Below the pieces are notes generated by a model. It had not been told where the DNA came from. It saw only the letters and a list, made by a program, of their open reading frames with translations, and made no database searches. Positions 1-15,162 of a stretch of 64,000 bases of DNA are shown here, one piece after another. The stretch lies in NCBI GenBank assembly GCA_030141605.1, contig JAQGDQ010000076.1, forward strand, positions 496,001 to 560,000, given 5' to 3'. This DNA is from Tubiluchus corallicola (taxonomy: Eukaryota; Animalia; Priapulida). Made by a program: the position numbers and the translations under genes. Every line of letters begins with the position of its first letter. Position 1 is the first letter of the stretch.

Positions 1-3000
1 TCGAGTAAGAGTACAGAACAACACAACATAGGAGAAGACGGAAATTCACAACACATGTAAGGAAAAAACTGCACAGTTAACGCGTGGTCAAGACCACGAG
101 ACAATGCACCACAGTATAATGCAGCATTCCTCTGCACAGTACAGGAGAGGACACTAGGACAATACAAAAAGTAAAACTTTATTATAACGCATCGCAACAT
201 TTGATAGCAATAAATTTAAAAAAAGGCTTTCTTTTGTCTAACTACACATGTATTCTAATCACGATACAGTTTAAATTTGTTTAATACTAACTCATAGACT
301 GCGCACAGCCTGCCAACTGCAACACATTGACAGCAACGAGTAACCAACCTTTGGGATTTACATCAGGTACACAGCTCGTCAGCTTTTAATGATAATTAGA
401 AAATATTATAAAACACAAGTTTTTAAACGTTTAACAATCGTCGCATTTGGTGTCTCTCCTCTTTCGTCCCGTTGTTTTAGCAATCTTTCCAATACATTTC
501 TTGCAATTCATTCTATAGGTTAGCTCAAGACTATCAATCCGGCGGCTCACGTGTTTATTTAGTTACGTATATCCGGATGCAAGTTGAGGGTGCGAGCTGA
601 ATTATTTTGAAATTAAAGTCCGCTTAATCAATTACGTTAGCGGTATATGTACATACATATGAGCTGTGCATTTAGCTAATTAGCTAAATAAACTAGGTTT
701 TTGTCTGGTTAAGTTTAAAGTTTACAGCGCCACTTCGTCTAGTGCTACATAGTTACATCAACAAACCTTGCACGTACACTAATCGCTAAACAATGATCAT
801 TGATGCTGCGGTTCCACTAGAAATGTGACAGCCATTGTCAGGCGGGGTCATTTGTCATAACCCCTGCGCCCCCGCGTGCCAGGACCTTGATCTGTTAGGG
901 TCGTATCCTTGCTGCTGACTTTTCCTTGACTAAATGGAAAGAAAATGTATAAACAATTTGAGTATATAAGACAAATTATGAATGAACGTAGCTACTACGA
1001 AGAATTTGCGCATCGTGAAAGGTCAGAAAGCAAAAATTAACATAATTGTTACTGGCATATATAGACTAAACGATATCTTCAGTGTTACTAAAAGTTGAAC
1101 GAAAAATCGAAAGAAGTTAACGACATTTCTGCTCAAACTAACGTATCCCGAAAAAACGTTAAAAGCTTAGTGGAATTTGAAAAATCTTACTGATTTCTGC
1201 AAAAATTGTGTTCTTCATTTCAGGTAAGGCACTTTACATTCATTAATTAAACATAATTGTTTTAATTAAAATTAAGAATTTAATAGCAAAGCTTTTGATT
1301 GTGTTGTGTCACTCATAACTGACGTTTAGTATAACACTTTTTGTTTCAGAAAGTGTGTTGCCCATGAACAATTTTCCTAATTGTAACATTCGTCCAAAAA
1401 TTGTGCTAGGGATATTGAAAGTTTACAGTTAAGATTCCAAATTAATTTTAATATATTTATGGCAAATTGTGGTGAGACAGGGGCTGTTTGTTAACTGCCG
1501 GACACCAGCTCCGGCATTTAACCTTCTTCTTTTTTGACTGGCTGGTGGTCATTTCGAATCGAGCGGATAGTCAAATTTGTGAATATATTTGTAAAAACTG
1601 CACGACAAGTTCTATTCCAAAAAGTGAAAGGAAATGAATTTAATGACGGACGTCTTATAATATCTCACCTAAATTTAAATACGCACAGCCGGATAAATGT
1701 TTAAACTTCAATTAACTGTGCACATTCGTATACACTTAACCTTTAAATACCCGTGTAACTTTGGTAAAATAACACGTTCAGATAACAATGGTTTACTATA
1801 TTGTCAATTTAGTTGTTTCTAAACTACTCATGTCAAATTATTTTTAGGTTGACAACAACAGCGCTATCTACATAGCGTCGCTAGGGAGAACTAAACACCA
1901 AAGAAGATGAAATTTGTGATACTATCGGTAATGCCTTTTCTTTACTAAATAACATGAATAATATGATTAGCGTAATTTTCCTAGTACATGTAATGTGATG
2001 AAATCAAACCATTATAACGTGTATACAACCCGTCTTTCAGAGAAACCCGTTTTAACTGCTGCAAAATGATTAAAGTTTATTAAACAAGATTTTTTTTAAA
2101 TCCTGCATGGCTGTAGCTGTGTTTCCGATGCTTTGGCTTCTTTTACATTTGAATACAGTTATGAAAAGTTTTATCACTTTGTCCTTTATTACGTTGCAAA
2201 AGTGAAGATTTAAATTTTTAGGCGCCATTGTTCATCGGCTTACTAGGCATCGTACTCACAACAGATATCATTACGATTGTTACATTTTTTAACGAACCAT
2301 GTAGGATTTTAAACCTAGGAACGTAGGAACCATATAGATATAGATGTAGGGTCTATATCTAATACATTTATTGAAATTACTGAGTATTAGACGCGCAAAT
2401 TTTCGTTTTAATTCCCTGATGTAATTTTCTTATTACATTTAATTGAATCCATTTTTTGCTTGTACGTATCTTAATGACGAGGAAATTAATTTAGAAATAT
2501 TAAGTGTTTAATCTCGCAGAGTTGTAGAATGGCAACGTGGGATAATAAACACTTTGATAAATTAACCATGCAAAATTTATAGGCTTTACGGTAGCAAAGT
2601 CGTAGCTAGACGGCTTCAAATAAAGAATCCATATAAACTACGTGCGCATCCATAGCAATCACGGGAAAATATTGGCAAACAAATCGCCTTTCGTTAATCA
2701 TCAGTGTGCAGTAGCTACAACTTATAACTGGTCCCATTCCAAGAATGGTGCCTACGTAAACGGTGAATTCTGTCGCGCGCGTTGACGTTGTTGTTGTTGT
2801 TGGCAACAGAAATCAAAAACTGCTGCACGTGCCGTCCATGTTGTTAAACGTGCTACATGTTGTTGAAGTTGTAGGTCAAAGCCATTCTGAATCTGTTAAT
2901 TGATTTTAATGTGATGCTTGGAGCAAATGTGATTTTTTATAGTGCAATGAGATGTTTCATCTTAGAAAGAGGACAAAAAAATCCCCTGAATTTTTAATCA

Positions 3001-3500
3001 GATGTGTGTCTCATTCACCACAGCGACACCCCCCCCCACACACACAGACCAACTCTCTTACAACTGATGCTTGCATTACTGTGTTTCAAATCGTGCATTT
3101 GGAGGTCTATAAATTATTATCACGCAAAGATTATCCAACTGAAATTCAGTTCATTGAATATAGACATTAAATTTGAAAGAGTTGGTGATCAATTGTTAAT
3201 GATCAATAGTGTAACAGTTGTGCGCGAAAATGACGTTCATAGGTCTTGGTTCTTTTCCTGGTAGATAACGTCAGTGCTTCTTTCTGACAGCCTCTAGACC
3301 AAAGCAGGTTATATTAATTTTGCATACATTAGCGCATTTGTAACTTTAATTGAACACTTTCTTTTGTTTCAAAAGGGCGTAAGCTTTTAAAACTGCATTG
3401 TACATTGTATCAACCTTTAGGACAAACGAATAATAGACAGCCGTTGTTTTTTTGAGTTTTTAAGAAAACACGACTTGCCATGCCAAAGAATAAGACGTAA

Positions 3501-3580
3501 ATCATCATCATTATCATCATCATCATCACCGTCGTCGCCCTTGTCGTCGTCGTCGTCATCATCATCATCGTTATCGTCGT
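3501..3580. repeat. (ATC)/(GTC) compound trinucleotide microsatellite
   Basis: Directly visible. Confidence 0.9.
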
Positions 3581-6500
3581 TGTAGACTTCGCTTTCATCA
3601 ACGTTGTGCAAATGAAATTGAAATCGAGACCTGTCAACGTCATGCTAATTTTCAAATAGGATTTTTCATGGTGGTGAGTTCGCTTTTCCTTCTCGGTTGA
3701 ACAAAAAAGGAATAACTAACTATACGCATTAGTCAGCTGGTATTTGTACCTAAAAATAGCTGAATCAATTAACATGCAGGAAATGATAACTCAACTATAC
3801 TTAAAATTTTTTAACTTATTTTTAACGCGTTTTTTTAATATTTCAATAATTATAATATGTCTTATTTATTTGTTTTTTTTTAATTTTTTTCCACTTCTTA
3901 TTGACGGAAATCAAATATCTGCGAAATAAGTCATGACATCATTCCCACCCGAGGCGAGAAACTAGCAAGAATTGAACACCTGTCCATTTCCTCTCCTCAG
4001 AGTTGCGAATAACAGCAGTATTAGATAGTAAGGTGGATGTTACTTAAAATTAAATGCTTTTTCTTATGATTTATTGACTGTTAGCTGTTCTCTTCGGTTT
4101 CCCTCACTGGAGGGCAACAATTTCTGAGACCCCTTATGTAATTGCAAGAATATACAACACAAGAATTGACGTGTTTAAAAATACAACATTGTACTAACAG
4201 TGCGTAGAATTCAGTCTCGCAAACTTCGGTTTCATAAACACGAGATGACGTGTTTTGCAAACACACTTTAATGCGCTTCTTAGCTCTCTTTTTGCTTCCT
4301 CAATTCGATAGCGATTACTTAATTCCACAGCAAGTGTTTAGATTCCGGGATAGCACGTAAAGTGTTTTATTCAACGGGTTGTTTAATTTTCGGGAGGAGC
4401 AGACCGCTACCAGAACAAATAACAATGAAATATCCTTGATTTTTTTCACGTAATTCCCTCTCGAAGACGGAAAACTGGATGTCTCCAGACTGTATTAAAC
4501 TGATACACAAACTGGGTCCGTGACTGTATGGAGTATTTTCGATCACCTGCAAAAATAGCAATTACACGAAAGAATTACATTAATGGTAGTCAGTTTTCTT
4601 ACCTAACAAAGACATAACAAATTACCGACAAAAACAATCGGTTTTTAGAAACTACGGGTCTTTTGTGTTATTTGAAGGATTACATTTCAAATGGGTTTTA
4701 AAAATCTCCTAGCTGGTGAAGTTAAATAAATGAACGAATGAAAGAACGAACCAACAAATGAATGAATAGATGAACGAAAGAACGAATGAACGAACAGACG
4801 AGCAAACTACTGAACGAACAAATTAATAAGAACGATGCTGATTCTTGAAATACGCTGTGTCCTAGAAGGTTGTAGTATAATACAATTCCGTACTACGGTA
4901 GTATTCTCGTAACAAAACGCATAACTTTGTGCAGCGTAATTTCTATTGGCTCTGTCTCTAAGATCTCCTCTTAACTAAGGAAATTAATTATTAAATTTCT
5001 CCTTTACGACAGAATCTTCTTGATTTACCCACGCTTTTTAATTTTTGTTTCTTTAATATTTATAACTATTATTTGTGCCTTTTTCTTTCTGTAATAACTC
5101 GCACAAGCACAAGGATAGGATCACGAAACTTACAGGGCACACTACTAAGACAGGGGGATGGATTTATGTATAACCCGTTACCCTCGGGTCAAAAGTCAAG
5201 GAATGAGCGGAACTTATTGTTTTTCGTTAGGCTGGCTTTCCTCCTACAGTTTTTGTGCTAGGACCTCAATTTTTGACATGTGGCTAGGTGGGGTGTGGTT
5301 GAAATCTTGTGCATCAGCCATTTGCGTATGGGAAGATTTTCTGCTAGGGGGACAAAAATCGAAATCGGAGGGTCGGGGATACTAATGCATCCAAAGTCGA
5401 GTAACAGTGACTTATAATACGTTAAATGAAAGGCCTTGCTGAGGCGAAGCGAATGGTGTGATTCACGTCCAGACTGTTTCACCCCTGACCCCGATAAGAG
5501 CTTTAAACCGAAACCAGGGAATAAGAGTGACGAATGTTTCCAATGTTAAGCAACAGCAGATAGTAGTACATCAAATGAAACGTCTTGACGAGGCGAAATG
5601 AATGGTGTACAATGGCCCGCACTAGAGCAAAAGATTTAAGCTGCATTTAAGCAAGGGATTTTATTTAAAATTTTCAGTTTGAAATTTTCGCACAATTGAC
5701 GTCAAACATAATGGTCTATTACTCCGCCTCCGCTGTAACGTAAGCACACTCAGCGGCTTTCGGGACAACAGCTCACACTGAACAACAACAGTCTAAACTA
5801 AACTAAACAGCATGTCAGTCACAACTAATGTCTAATCAGCAGATAAACTGATTGGTATTTTTCATAAACACTAATTTACAGAGCAGCAGTTATTTTTAAA
5901 CGAAATTAATACCTCAAGTAGCCAAAAATGACTTTTCAATTTAAAAAGAACGTAGGACGAAGTTTCAAACCACTACAAAATACAGAAGCATAAGTATAAT
6001 TAAAAAAACTAAGCCAGTTAGCTTTGCTTTACAATAAATGAGCAACAAAAATATTAAGTCTCTCTTGCCTTTGAACATACGAACATCATTCATGTCGCGT
6101 TTTTTTTCTAGATTAACTGATCATGTGCTCGTCTGCAATATTTATTCAGTTTTTGTATTTTTCCGTTTGCTAGGCTAAGGAAATGGAATAAATTTGATTG
6201 TTCCATTTCATAGACAACCCTTATATTGAATGCCCGAGTTACATAAGTCCCAATGGCATGTTTTAACCATGATTATAATCAGAAAATAGCGTAAAATAGC
6301 TAAAACTACATTGATGTATAATATAGGTTTTGACCACATTTGAATTAATTTTGGCTGTGGAGATATCATCGAGGTTTAGAAAAACTGGCCAGAAAAGGAA
6401 ACATTTTGTTTTGTCCTTATTTAAAGTTAATCAAGTAGTTGTTTTTATCTAACTTGCAAAGCCATAAACTAAACTAAACTGCGTATTTTCTTGACTGCAA

Positions 6501-9500
6501 AATGGTTTAATCAGCAACTTGAAGACGTAAGCGTTGTGCATTTCTTCCTATAAACGAAACTAGACTATATATTTCCACTATTTCAGTTGCAATTTCAATT
6601 GACAATAATAAAATCTAGAAGCAGGCTCATATTTCTCCCGCTAACTAATGAAAACTTGAGCATTTTTCACAACAGTGTTAGAAAGAGCTGTAGCTAAATG
6701 TCCCGAACGTATCTGCTGCAGGGGTGTGTGAAATAACTTGCACGCTGATTGGTTCGTCAACAAAAATGTTTGATATTATGTTAAACGTCAATTGAGATTG
6801 AGATCTTTTCTAAGCCTAACATTCAACGGAATTTCGCAACTACTATATATCTAAATGTTGTTAAACGTCGAGTCAGGTAGATTCATACTCCAGTGTGCTA
6901 TTAGATTTTAGTAGATAATAATATTAAATACTATTAAATTTTATTCTGAGTTTAAAAATTTGAATTAATGGTATTTCACTTGAGTTATATTTAAAATTTT
7001 TATGCAATGTAATTCATAGCTACTGGCATTTCCGTGACTGAAAGTAGGGAGAAAATAATTTACGTAACAAAAATCGCATAACACAGTAAATGAAAGCACA
7101 GACGTTATCTTCCAAACTACGTTGCACTTGCTTTGTGCATCAAATTTTGAGGAAAAAACAAAGAGACGGACATCAGTCTTTAATATATAATTGTCTCCCC
7201 ACATATCTATTAAATAACATTGCAACTTGAGGCACATTAAAATTTACAATCCTATTTCGACTGGTAATATTTCCTGTGTGAAATTTTGCACACATAGCGA
7301 ATTTTTGCTAATCTACTGCAAGACATAGGAGAGAGGCTACATATCACTTAATGGCAACACAATTAAATGGACAGCCGTAGACAATGCCATTTCTAACTTA
7401 AAACTGGATTTTGCCACAAATGCTGATTTTGTTTGCAGTAAAGAAAGACATTTTAATAATTAACAATGGTCTGGAAACAGTAAACGCAACAGCGAACACC
7501 TGTTGCCGCTGCCGCATCCGCCGCAAGTAACGCACATACAAAAAAGAAACATAGGTTTTGAATGTTATTAACCGATTTAATGTTACATAATATTGCTCAT
7601 TTAGGCCTACAATTTTGAGTAGATTTTTTGCTGTACGTTATTTATAAGTTCCCCCAACAGTAAGTAAGTAAGCAACCTTTATTTATCCTCGATCACTAAG
7701 ATGGGTAATTTCTTCCAATGTTGGTTGAAAGTTAATGTAATTAGGACTTTTTAAAAGCTAAAGCTTGTCAATAAACTTTAATTTTTTATTCTTGAAATTC
7801 CAATTGCCAAAAGAAAAAGAGACAAGCACCGAAAATGTCGGGAAACAAACGTAAATGAATCAAAAATAATCCTGTGCTACACTGACAACTTGCATTAGGC
7901 CTATTCGTTAATCTTATAGTGCCCTAAAATTTCTATAAAAATTATTCTTGTGCTTATTGCCACCACCCAAGGTTGAAATGAACTCCCGCTACTATAACTT
8001 AATTTTAACTAAATTTTTCGTGGCTATCAACTCTGTAAGAAAAGTACATTTTAATGCACTCGTATCACGAGTGCTGATGCAGCGACATTAGTAAAATAAT
8101 GTTTTTATGGGTCTTTTGGAAAGGCACCAAACAGCCAAAGTTGAATTAATTTTTCCCATTTTTGACAAGTTCTGGCATACCATTACTTTCATTTAATTTC
8201 CCGAAAACACACGACCTTGTGCCAAAGTCGTGAAAGGCAGCCAAAATGAATTACACGAAAAGGAGGTACATAGTTTCTTAATCACCTTGACGCAACGGCA
8301 GAAGCGGCACAGTTATTTAATTCGCAAAACGTTCAGCTAGTTAATTCTTAATTAATTTTAGGTTCATGACAATACATTAATATGTCGAAATGCGTTGATA
8401 AATAAAGGTATTGGTAAAACATGGTTTCTGTGTCAAACATATAACTAAAGTAATTAAAAGTTAACATTTTAAAAGGTTGAATTAAACGGTTGCCAAATAA
8501 ACATTAGGTTAATTTTAGAGATCACCCAAAAATATGCAGCAGTCAAAAGGTGCGACACAATGTATTAATGACATGGTGACATGGCTGAGCATATAGCTGC
8601 TAAATAGTTAATTACGTGAGAAAAACGCTAAGAAGATGTCACGAATTTTGCATAATGCAAAAATTTCTGTCTTTCTTTGTGAACGCAGATTTATAGTATG
8701 TGTATGTCACGCTCTAGCTTTGTGAAAGGTTTTCTTCACTACTAACTGAAGGCAAAATAGTGTTTAAGTGAAAAAGTGATGGAATTTATACAAACCCATT
8801 ACTGACTGACAAGTAAAGAGAAAATAGGCAATTTCGCAGGTAAAAGTTACCTGTTGAAAGATTAAAAGTCGGCTGCCTATCAGAGATGTTCACTCTTTCA
8901 ACAACAAGTTCACATTGGGTGGCCTTGGCCTTTATAATCTCACTATCCTTTCTGAAACTGCAAAAGCTAACATCTTGCTACAAAAAATAGCACACCTATG
9001 AAATTAATACTTAAGCGTGTAGACTACTTTTCCTAAAATAGTTTATTTGCAAATTCGGAAAACAAAAATAGTCTTAATTGAATTTTTACTAACTACATCT
9101 TTAACATAAATAAACAAATAAATAAACAACAAATAAAATTACAAATAACACATAGATAGTAACAAAATGAACTTACAATAATTAAATTTTCAAATCAAAC
9201 TTTGATCGAAAAGAAGGAAATGAGAAAACTCGGAACAGAGCCTATATTTGAATTACAAACTTACAAGCTACAGGTAGTTTTTAAAATCATACAACAATGC
9301 TCATACTATGTTAATGAAACGTTAATTGATGCCATTCAAATTCAGTATTATTAACATCAAGCATGTAATTCTTTCAGCGTAGATTAAGTATTCAGTTATT
9401 ATGACAACAGTTACTTGTAGAAGTGGATTACCTAGACAGCCTTGGACTAGTCAGAGCGTCTGATTTCTTTTTAACACGCGTGTGGCGGTAACAGCATCAG

Positions 9501-12500
9501 ACGTCAGTCTTTCACCACGCTAATAGTTTGACACATTCCTCACTTAACCCCTCGGCTAAAATGGGCTGATCCACTACGCCGGGGCGCTGACGAACAAGAA
9601 AAACACAATACCTCTTGTAAAGATATAAACCAAACATTTCTGAAGTAAAACGATAAATTTGTTTTATGTTCGTTCACAAATACTGCCTGGCTTTCCGAAA
9701 TGGATGTGCATTGTTTTTGCGCTTCTGTGAGCTCTTTTCTACACTCCTCCTACTCGTAGCTCTCACCGTCCTTGATTTTTGCTTCATGTTTATTACTTGA
9801 GGTGTGGGGTTGTAAGCTATAGTCCCAACTCATTCACGTAAAGTTTAAGTTCAACTCTTGAGCGACAAAGTTGAAAAACGGGATTAGCGAAGTTTAGAGG
9901 ACACGCGCCAGAAAGCAAAGGAGATCATCAGCGATTTGGTGAGCAGTCAGAGGCGTTCTTTGATGTATAATACTTCATAATCGTTGTGTTAAACGATTTA
10001 GCTATAGAAAAATTATAGTTTGGTTAAGTTTACTATCGTGGTTGAAAATTTTTTGTTCATGGAATTAAAAGCGTGAGGCAGATAAAGGCTGTGTTAAAGC
10101 CTTCTATTCAGACTTAACTTTTTAAAATTTGGCATTTGACAATGTGTTGAAACTGAAACTTTAAAAAATCTTAGTTTACATAATTTTCTAGAGAAATGTA
10201 ACTTTTAGAGCCTCAAAACACTTAATACAACCGTTTTTCAAGTAGTATATGTAGCTAGAACTGATCAAACACCCCTGTCTGGGGACTTAAGAATTATTTT
10301 CATTTTTTGGCGAAAAAAATCGGGGTTAGGACCCCTTTGTTCGTCTGTTGAAAGTCTTTATGCGGTTTTTAAGCGGGAATGCAGACGATTTCCTTGTCTA
10401 TGACCATTTCCATTTAGGATGATTTCTGATGAATCGTATCTGTCGAGTCATCTTAAGTTTCTGGGTCAGTTTGAATAGTTTAGTCTAAAAGTTTAAACTC
10501 GGTAGACGGTTTTAGTGATAGTCTAACCTTCGTGAGAATTATTACTTGCGGTTTCTGCCTTGTTGTCAGGCAAAAACATCGAGCATATAGAGGACTTTGG
10601 GATTGGGATGTCTACAAATATGTTGACAACCGATGTCTCTACCAGGAAGACGGTCTAACGAATAAGAAAACAACCTACTTAGGGTTGGTTACTATAGCAA
10701 CACCAACACAATAGTCTATGTTAACAGCAATCACGTGTAAATGAAACTCCCAAAATGGCGTTTTTCATTTAAGTTTTTAGCATGACAACATAGCAAAACG
10801 ATGTGCTAAAAGCTTTTTGAAATATAAAACGAATTAAATAATATTACCTGTAGTAATGATATTAGTAGTTAATTGGTGATTGTTTTAACAGCTTTTGTTA
10901 GTCCTACTAATCGCAGTAATTAGCCGCAATTCCTGGTTATGGTTATGGGGATTGATTATACACACTTCCGAAAGCAAGTGTTTTTTTCGAGATTTCCAGG
11001 TTTTTCTTATGGTACTATAATCTTAAGGCGCAGATGTTGGAGTCATACCAGAATTTATCATTTAACCTTTTCTACTGCTACTTCTGATAAATTTTTAAAA
11101 TAGCAGTTTTTTTGAATAAAAATGAAACTAATACCTACAAAACAGTGATGGTAACGGTGACACCTTATCAACAGTGAAAGTTACGGTTTCGTGACAATGC
11201 GTTCAGTTGGACAGGACTGAGAATGGACAGGACAGTGAAACAGAACAATTTCTTACATTTATAGATACACTGAAGTTTGGAATTAGGCCTAAGTTTGTCT
11301 ATACTCGACTGTGAGTGTGTTCACACGGTGAGGTTTTTACATTAAATTCTACGTTTTCCCAAAAGCATTCCGAAAATTACTCATTTTATTCCACTTCATG
11401 TAGTTAGACCGTTCTCTTGAATAGAACAACATGATATGAAGTTTCGTAGCCTAAATATTTTTCTGAGTTTTAGTTGAGGTTAAAATTTTAGTTCCATCAG
11501 AGTTTCAGTGGCGTCCACACATTTTAGATAAGGTTTCACTCTTCCAAAGGGCTCATGATTGTACGCAGGTTTATACAGATTGTAGGCCTAGACAGTCTAG
11601 TCCTAAAGGGTGCTAGCTGTTTTAGCTTTGTTGTCATATCCTTGAATACTCTGTTGTTGTTTTATTGTATTAAGATACTTCTTAATTTACTTATTAAAAA
11701 ATTGTCACTCTGTAACACTTTCAACCAATAACAAATGATGCAGTTGAAGACAGGAATCATAGGATTAACAATTTACTATTTTCGTGTCTTCTTGATTAAT
11801 CTTTTTTAATCAAAACTTCGTTTCCTTTTCTTCGATCAAATTATTCAAGGTAATTAGTTTAGATCAAAGGAGTTTTGCTAGAGCTTCTTCTGCGTTCTTT
11901 TCCCTAGCAACAAACATGCTAGTTTTAGCGAAAATAAAAAACTGTTGCAACGTCAGCAAATTGTCGAGTAGCCAGTTAAATTTCACACTTCCTGAGGCCA
12001 ACTGACCACTGCGTGAACTGGACAGTGGTAATCTAAGCTCCCTTTATTGAAAAAAAGTACAAATTACCTCTGGTCAAACATATTTCTTTGTGGTTTGTTT
12101 GGTTAAATATGTCAGGGTCACTTGGTTTTTCCAGTTTGTGGTCAACAAAAATGTAGTGGACAATGGTCAAAATTTGAATACAGGTTTAAATAGATATTTG
12201 GGCAGCTAGACAAACTATGTCGGTACAGTACTGACCCAGAAAGTCTTTTGTGCAAATTGTACAGTGCATATACCTCTATTTCTAACTTCAGTACCGTTTC
12301 CAGGCAGTGTAAGCAAACTGAGCTCTTTAAATTGCTCGTAAAGAGTTAGCGATTCTAGATCACAGCCAACAAGGCCCACTTTTTTCTGGAACAATCCCTG
12401 AAAATTCCTAGGCTAGTCACCAAAGGTTTTTTCCATTAAAAAGCTTAGTAAAAAATAAATAATGTAAAGAATTAATTCAATTAGATTAATGTTAAGAAAA

Positions 12501-12899
12501 AAATTCTTGGAAAACAAAAATTTGTTAACTGAAACGGTACTTAAACTATTATTTCAAATCTCATTGAAAAAAACAGTTAGTGTGCGCCTCTCAACATTTC
12601 AGATTATGCTGGAAAAACTTCAGCAGTAATATTAGCACTAACTTTCTTTCCTTCTTAAAAAAGATTACACTGAAACACATATATATTCGTCACTTAAATC
12701 ATTACAAGCATTACATTTTCTGTCATTAGATTCCAAATGTTTTCAATTTGTAACTTTTGATTAGAAAACTGAATACTACGGTAACTTTATATAGTATTCT
12801 AATGGATATAATAACCTTTCAAACATTCTGCAATTAAAGCACATCATAATAACTTGTTAACCAAGCTACCTGAATTTCTAAAAATTGATCATTTATATT

Positions 12900-13420
12900 G
12901 TATCAGTTAATCAATCATAAAAGACTGCAATTTGTCCGACTTCACGCGCACAATCCACATATTTGCAGTTTTATTTGATTTATAAATAACGTGCAGCGCT
13001 GTACATTCTTTGTTTTTGAAACAAAACGCTCAGAGAGGATATGGCATAATTTAGTTGTAATGGATTTATGGTTTTGACAAAAATAATAACATGTTTTGCT
13101 GCAGTAAGGGCAATCTTGCAATTCGAGATTATGATTACGTGTCATCTGTGTAAAACTTTCAATGTAGAAAACCACCAAGAACCTGTTAAATCACATAATT
13201 TAAAGAATTTATACCCAAGATATGACTGCTTCCAACTTCAACTAAGCCACATCATTTATGAAAGTTGTAAATGACAATGGTGACAAATTCTCTCCTTGTC
13301 GCAGTCTACCAGCATTTAGAAAATAATATTTGAACAGTTCCTTTAAGCAAACACATTTTCAGCTTTTAAGTTAAATGTAATTCTATTTCACAACAAATTC
13401 GATTTAAATTTATTCTCTAG
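12900..13420 (-). mobile_element. Decayed LINE reverse-transcriptase fragment (boundaries approximate)
   Basis: The minus strand of about 13245-13315 translates as NAGRLRQGENLSPLSFTTFINDVA*, the G.RQG..LSP.LF..FIND RT motif, with stops around it. Confidence 0.6.
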
Positions 13421-14676
13421 CTTAGTACAGTATAGTAGCAAACACGTTCATTTGCTTACATTTGCTAAATTAGTTAAGTTTCACCTATAGCTGTTGTGTG
13501 TAAGACCGTGATAGTTCACACAAAAATATTATTTTCAGCAATTCTAAAAGTGGCAGTACACATGGTTTAGATTAATTAGCATCAGTTCAAAACACACAAC
13601 AATAAATAAAAAAACACAGAGACACACCACAGTCTGACATTTAGGGTTAGAACATTACATACAAAATCTGTAACCCTTTTGCCAACCTGTTTTGTGTGGG
13701 AATTTTCAAGCAAGGCAAGCACGACATCTGCCTTTGCCAGCTATAGCCAGCTATATGAACAGTGTGCTAAAAATAATGTTTGAAAATAAAAAAATATTAC
13801 AAAACAGCGTTAATTCAGCATAGAACGAAATAGTGAACCGTATTAGTGAGCTGGCCACGATTAACACGCAGTCATGGGGGGAGATAGAATCATAAGTGTT
13901 TGCGCTCTTGTGTTTTAATTCGGTCAAATCGCTTGGAAATTCAATGAAATCCTTAGTAGCAGTAATTTTTTGACAAATTAGTTTAATGTCTGACAGCAAA
14001 CTAGAAGCAACGTAAATGCCACAATCCTTTTCATGGTTGGCTAAAGTCAGTTAATAAACAAAATTAATTATTATGTGTCTACTCAAATCATGGAATGCAC
14101 GTCAGGCGGCATGCCTTTAACAAAGTTCGTATGATACGATAAAATAGGCAAATCTATTGTTCGTAGCTTCTTAATTCGGTTTCGTAATTAAACTTAATGC
14201 AAGCAAACTTTTCATATTATCGCTGGTTTAGTATTCTGGGGAAAGATAATGTATAATTTTCTCACTACCTGTGTGTCGAAAAATAATTAACCCTTAAGCA
14301 AATATGATTAGAAAGGCGGCTCCGCTTTTAACACGGATGTAAAACGACGATCTGCGTTTGTTCAGGATAAAACTCGTGATGTAACAGTTCACGATTTTCA
14401 CAGGCTGAAAAACATGTAAACTGTCATTATTTTTTATAAATTTACTTCCATCTTGTTATCCATGCCATTTTTTTCTTTTTTGCAGTTTTTTTGTTATTCT
14501 GTCTTGTTTCATTTGTGTTTGTTCATTTATTTATTTATTTATTCATTTACTTATTCACTTCTTTATTTCAGACTCTGAGTCCATAGAATTCAAAATAAAT
14601 TCACTACATGTAAATGGACGAAAAGCTATAAAATATACAACTTACAGACAATTAAGGCCGAAATACAAATTAATGT

Positions 14677-14890
14677 AAAATTATAGAAATAAGAATTATA
14701 GCTATACGAAAAATAAAATTAAGTTAGGAATACAAAATTTATAATACAATGTATCTAAAATTATAGAAATAAAAAATCAAGTTAGGAATACAACATTTAT
14801 AATACAATGTATCTGAAATTATAGAAATAAGAATTATAGCTATAAGAAAAATAAAATTAAGTTAGGAATACAAAATTTATAATACAATGT
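14677..14890. repeat. Three-unit AT-rich minisatellite (about 80/58/80 bp)
   Basis: AATTATAGAAATAA...AAGTTAGGAATACAA..TTTATAATACAATGT occurs three times; the middle copy has an internal deletion. Confidence 0.9.
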
Positions 14891-15162
14891 TTACAATATT
14901 AGTTAAAAGCGTGTTAGTTAAGAGAACAAATACAGTAGGAAAATAAAAAAATCTAAAAAACTTAACATTGGCTTGGAGTGAAAGTTAGGGATTACAGAAC
15001 AGTGGCGAGGACATCCTAGCATCGCTGCTTAAAAGTACATTTATTGCCTTATTTAAATACATTGGAACCTAGCAAGCTAGACTGTGCATGCACTTTCTTA
15101 AAAGAACATTAAAATATGTTAAGCTGTTTCCCACAAACATAGGTCTTGCACTGTAATGGAAC

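Noticed and set aside
14677-14890. Repeat-spacer-like pattern suggesting CRISPR
   Set aside because: The units are contiguous duplications without unique spacers; the context is eukaryotic and there are no cas genes.
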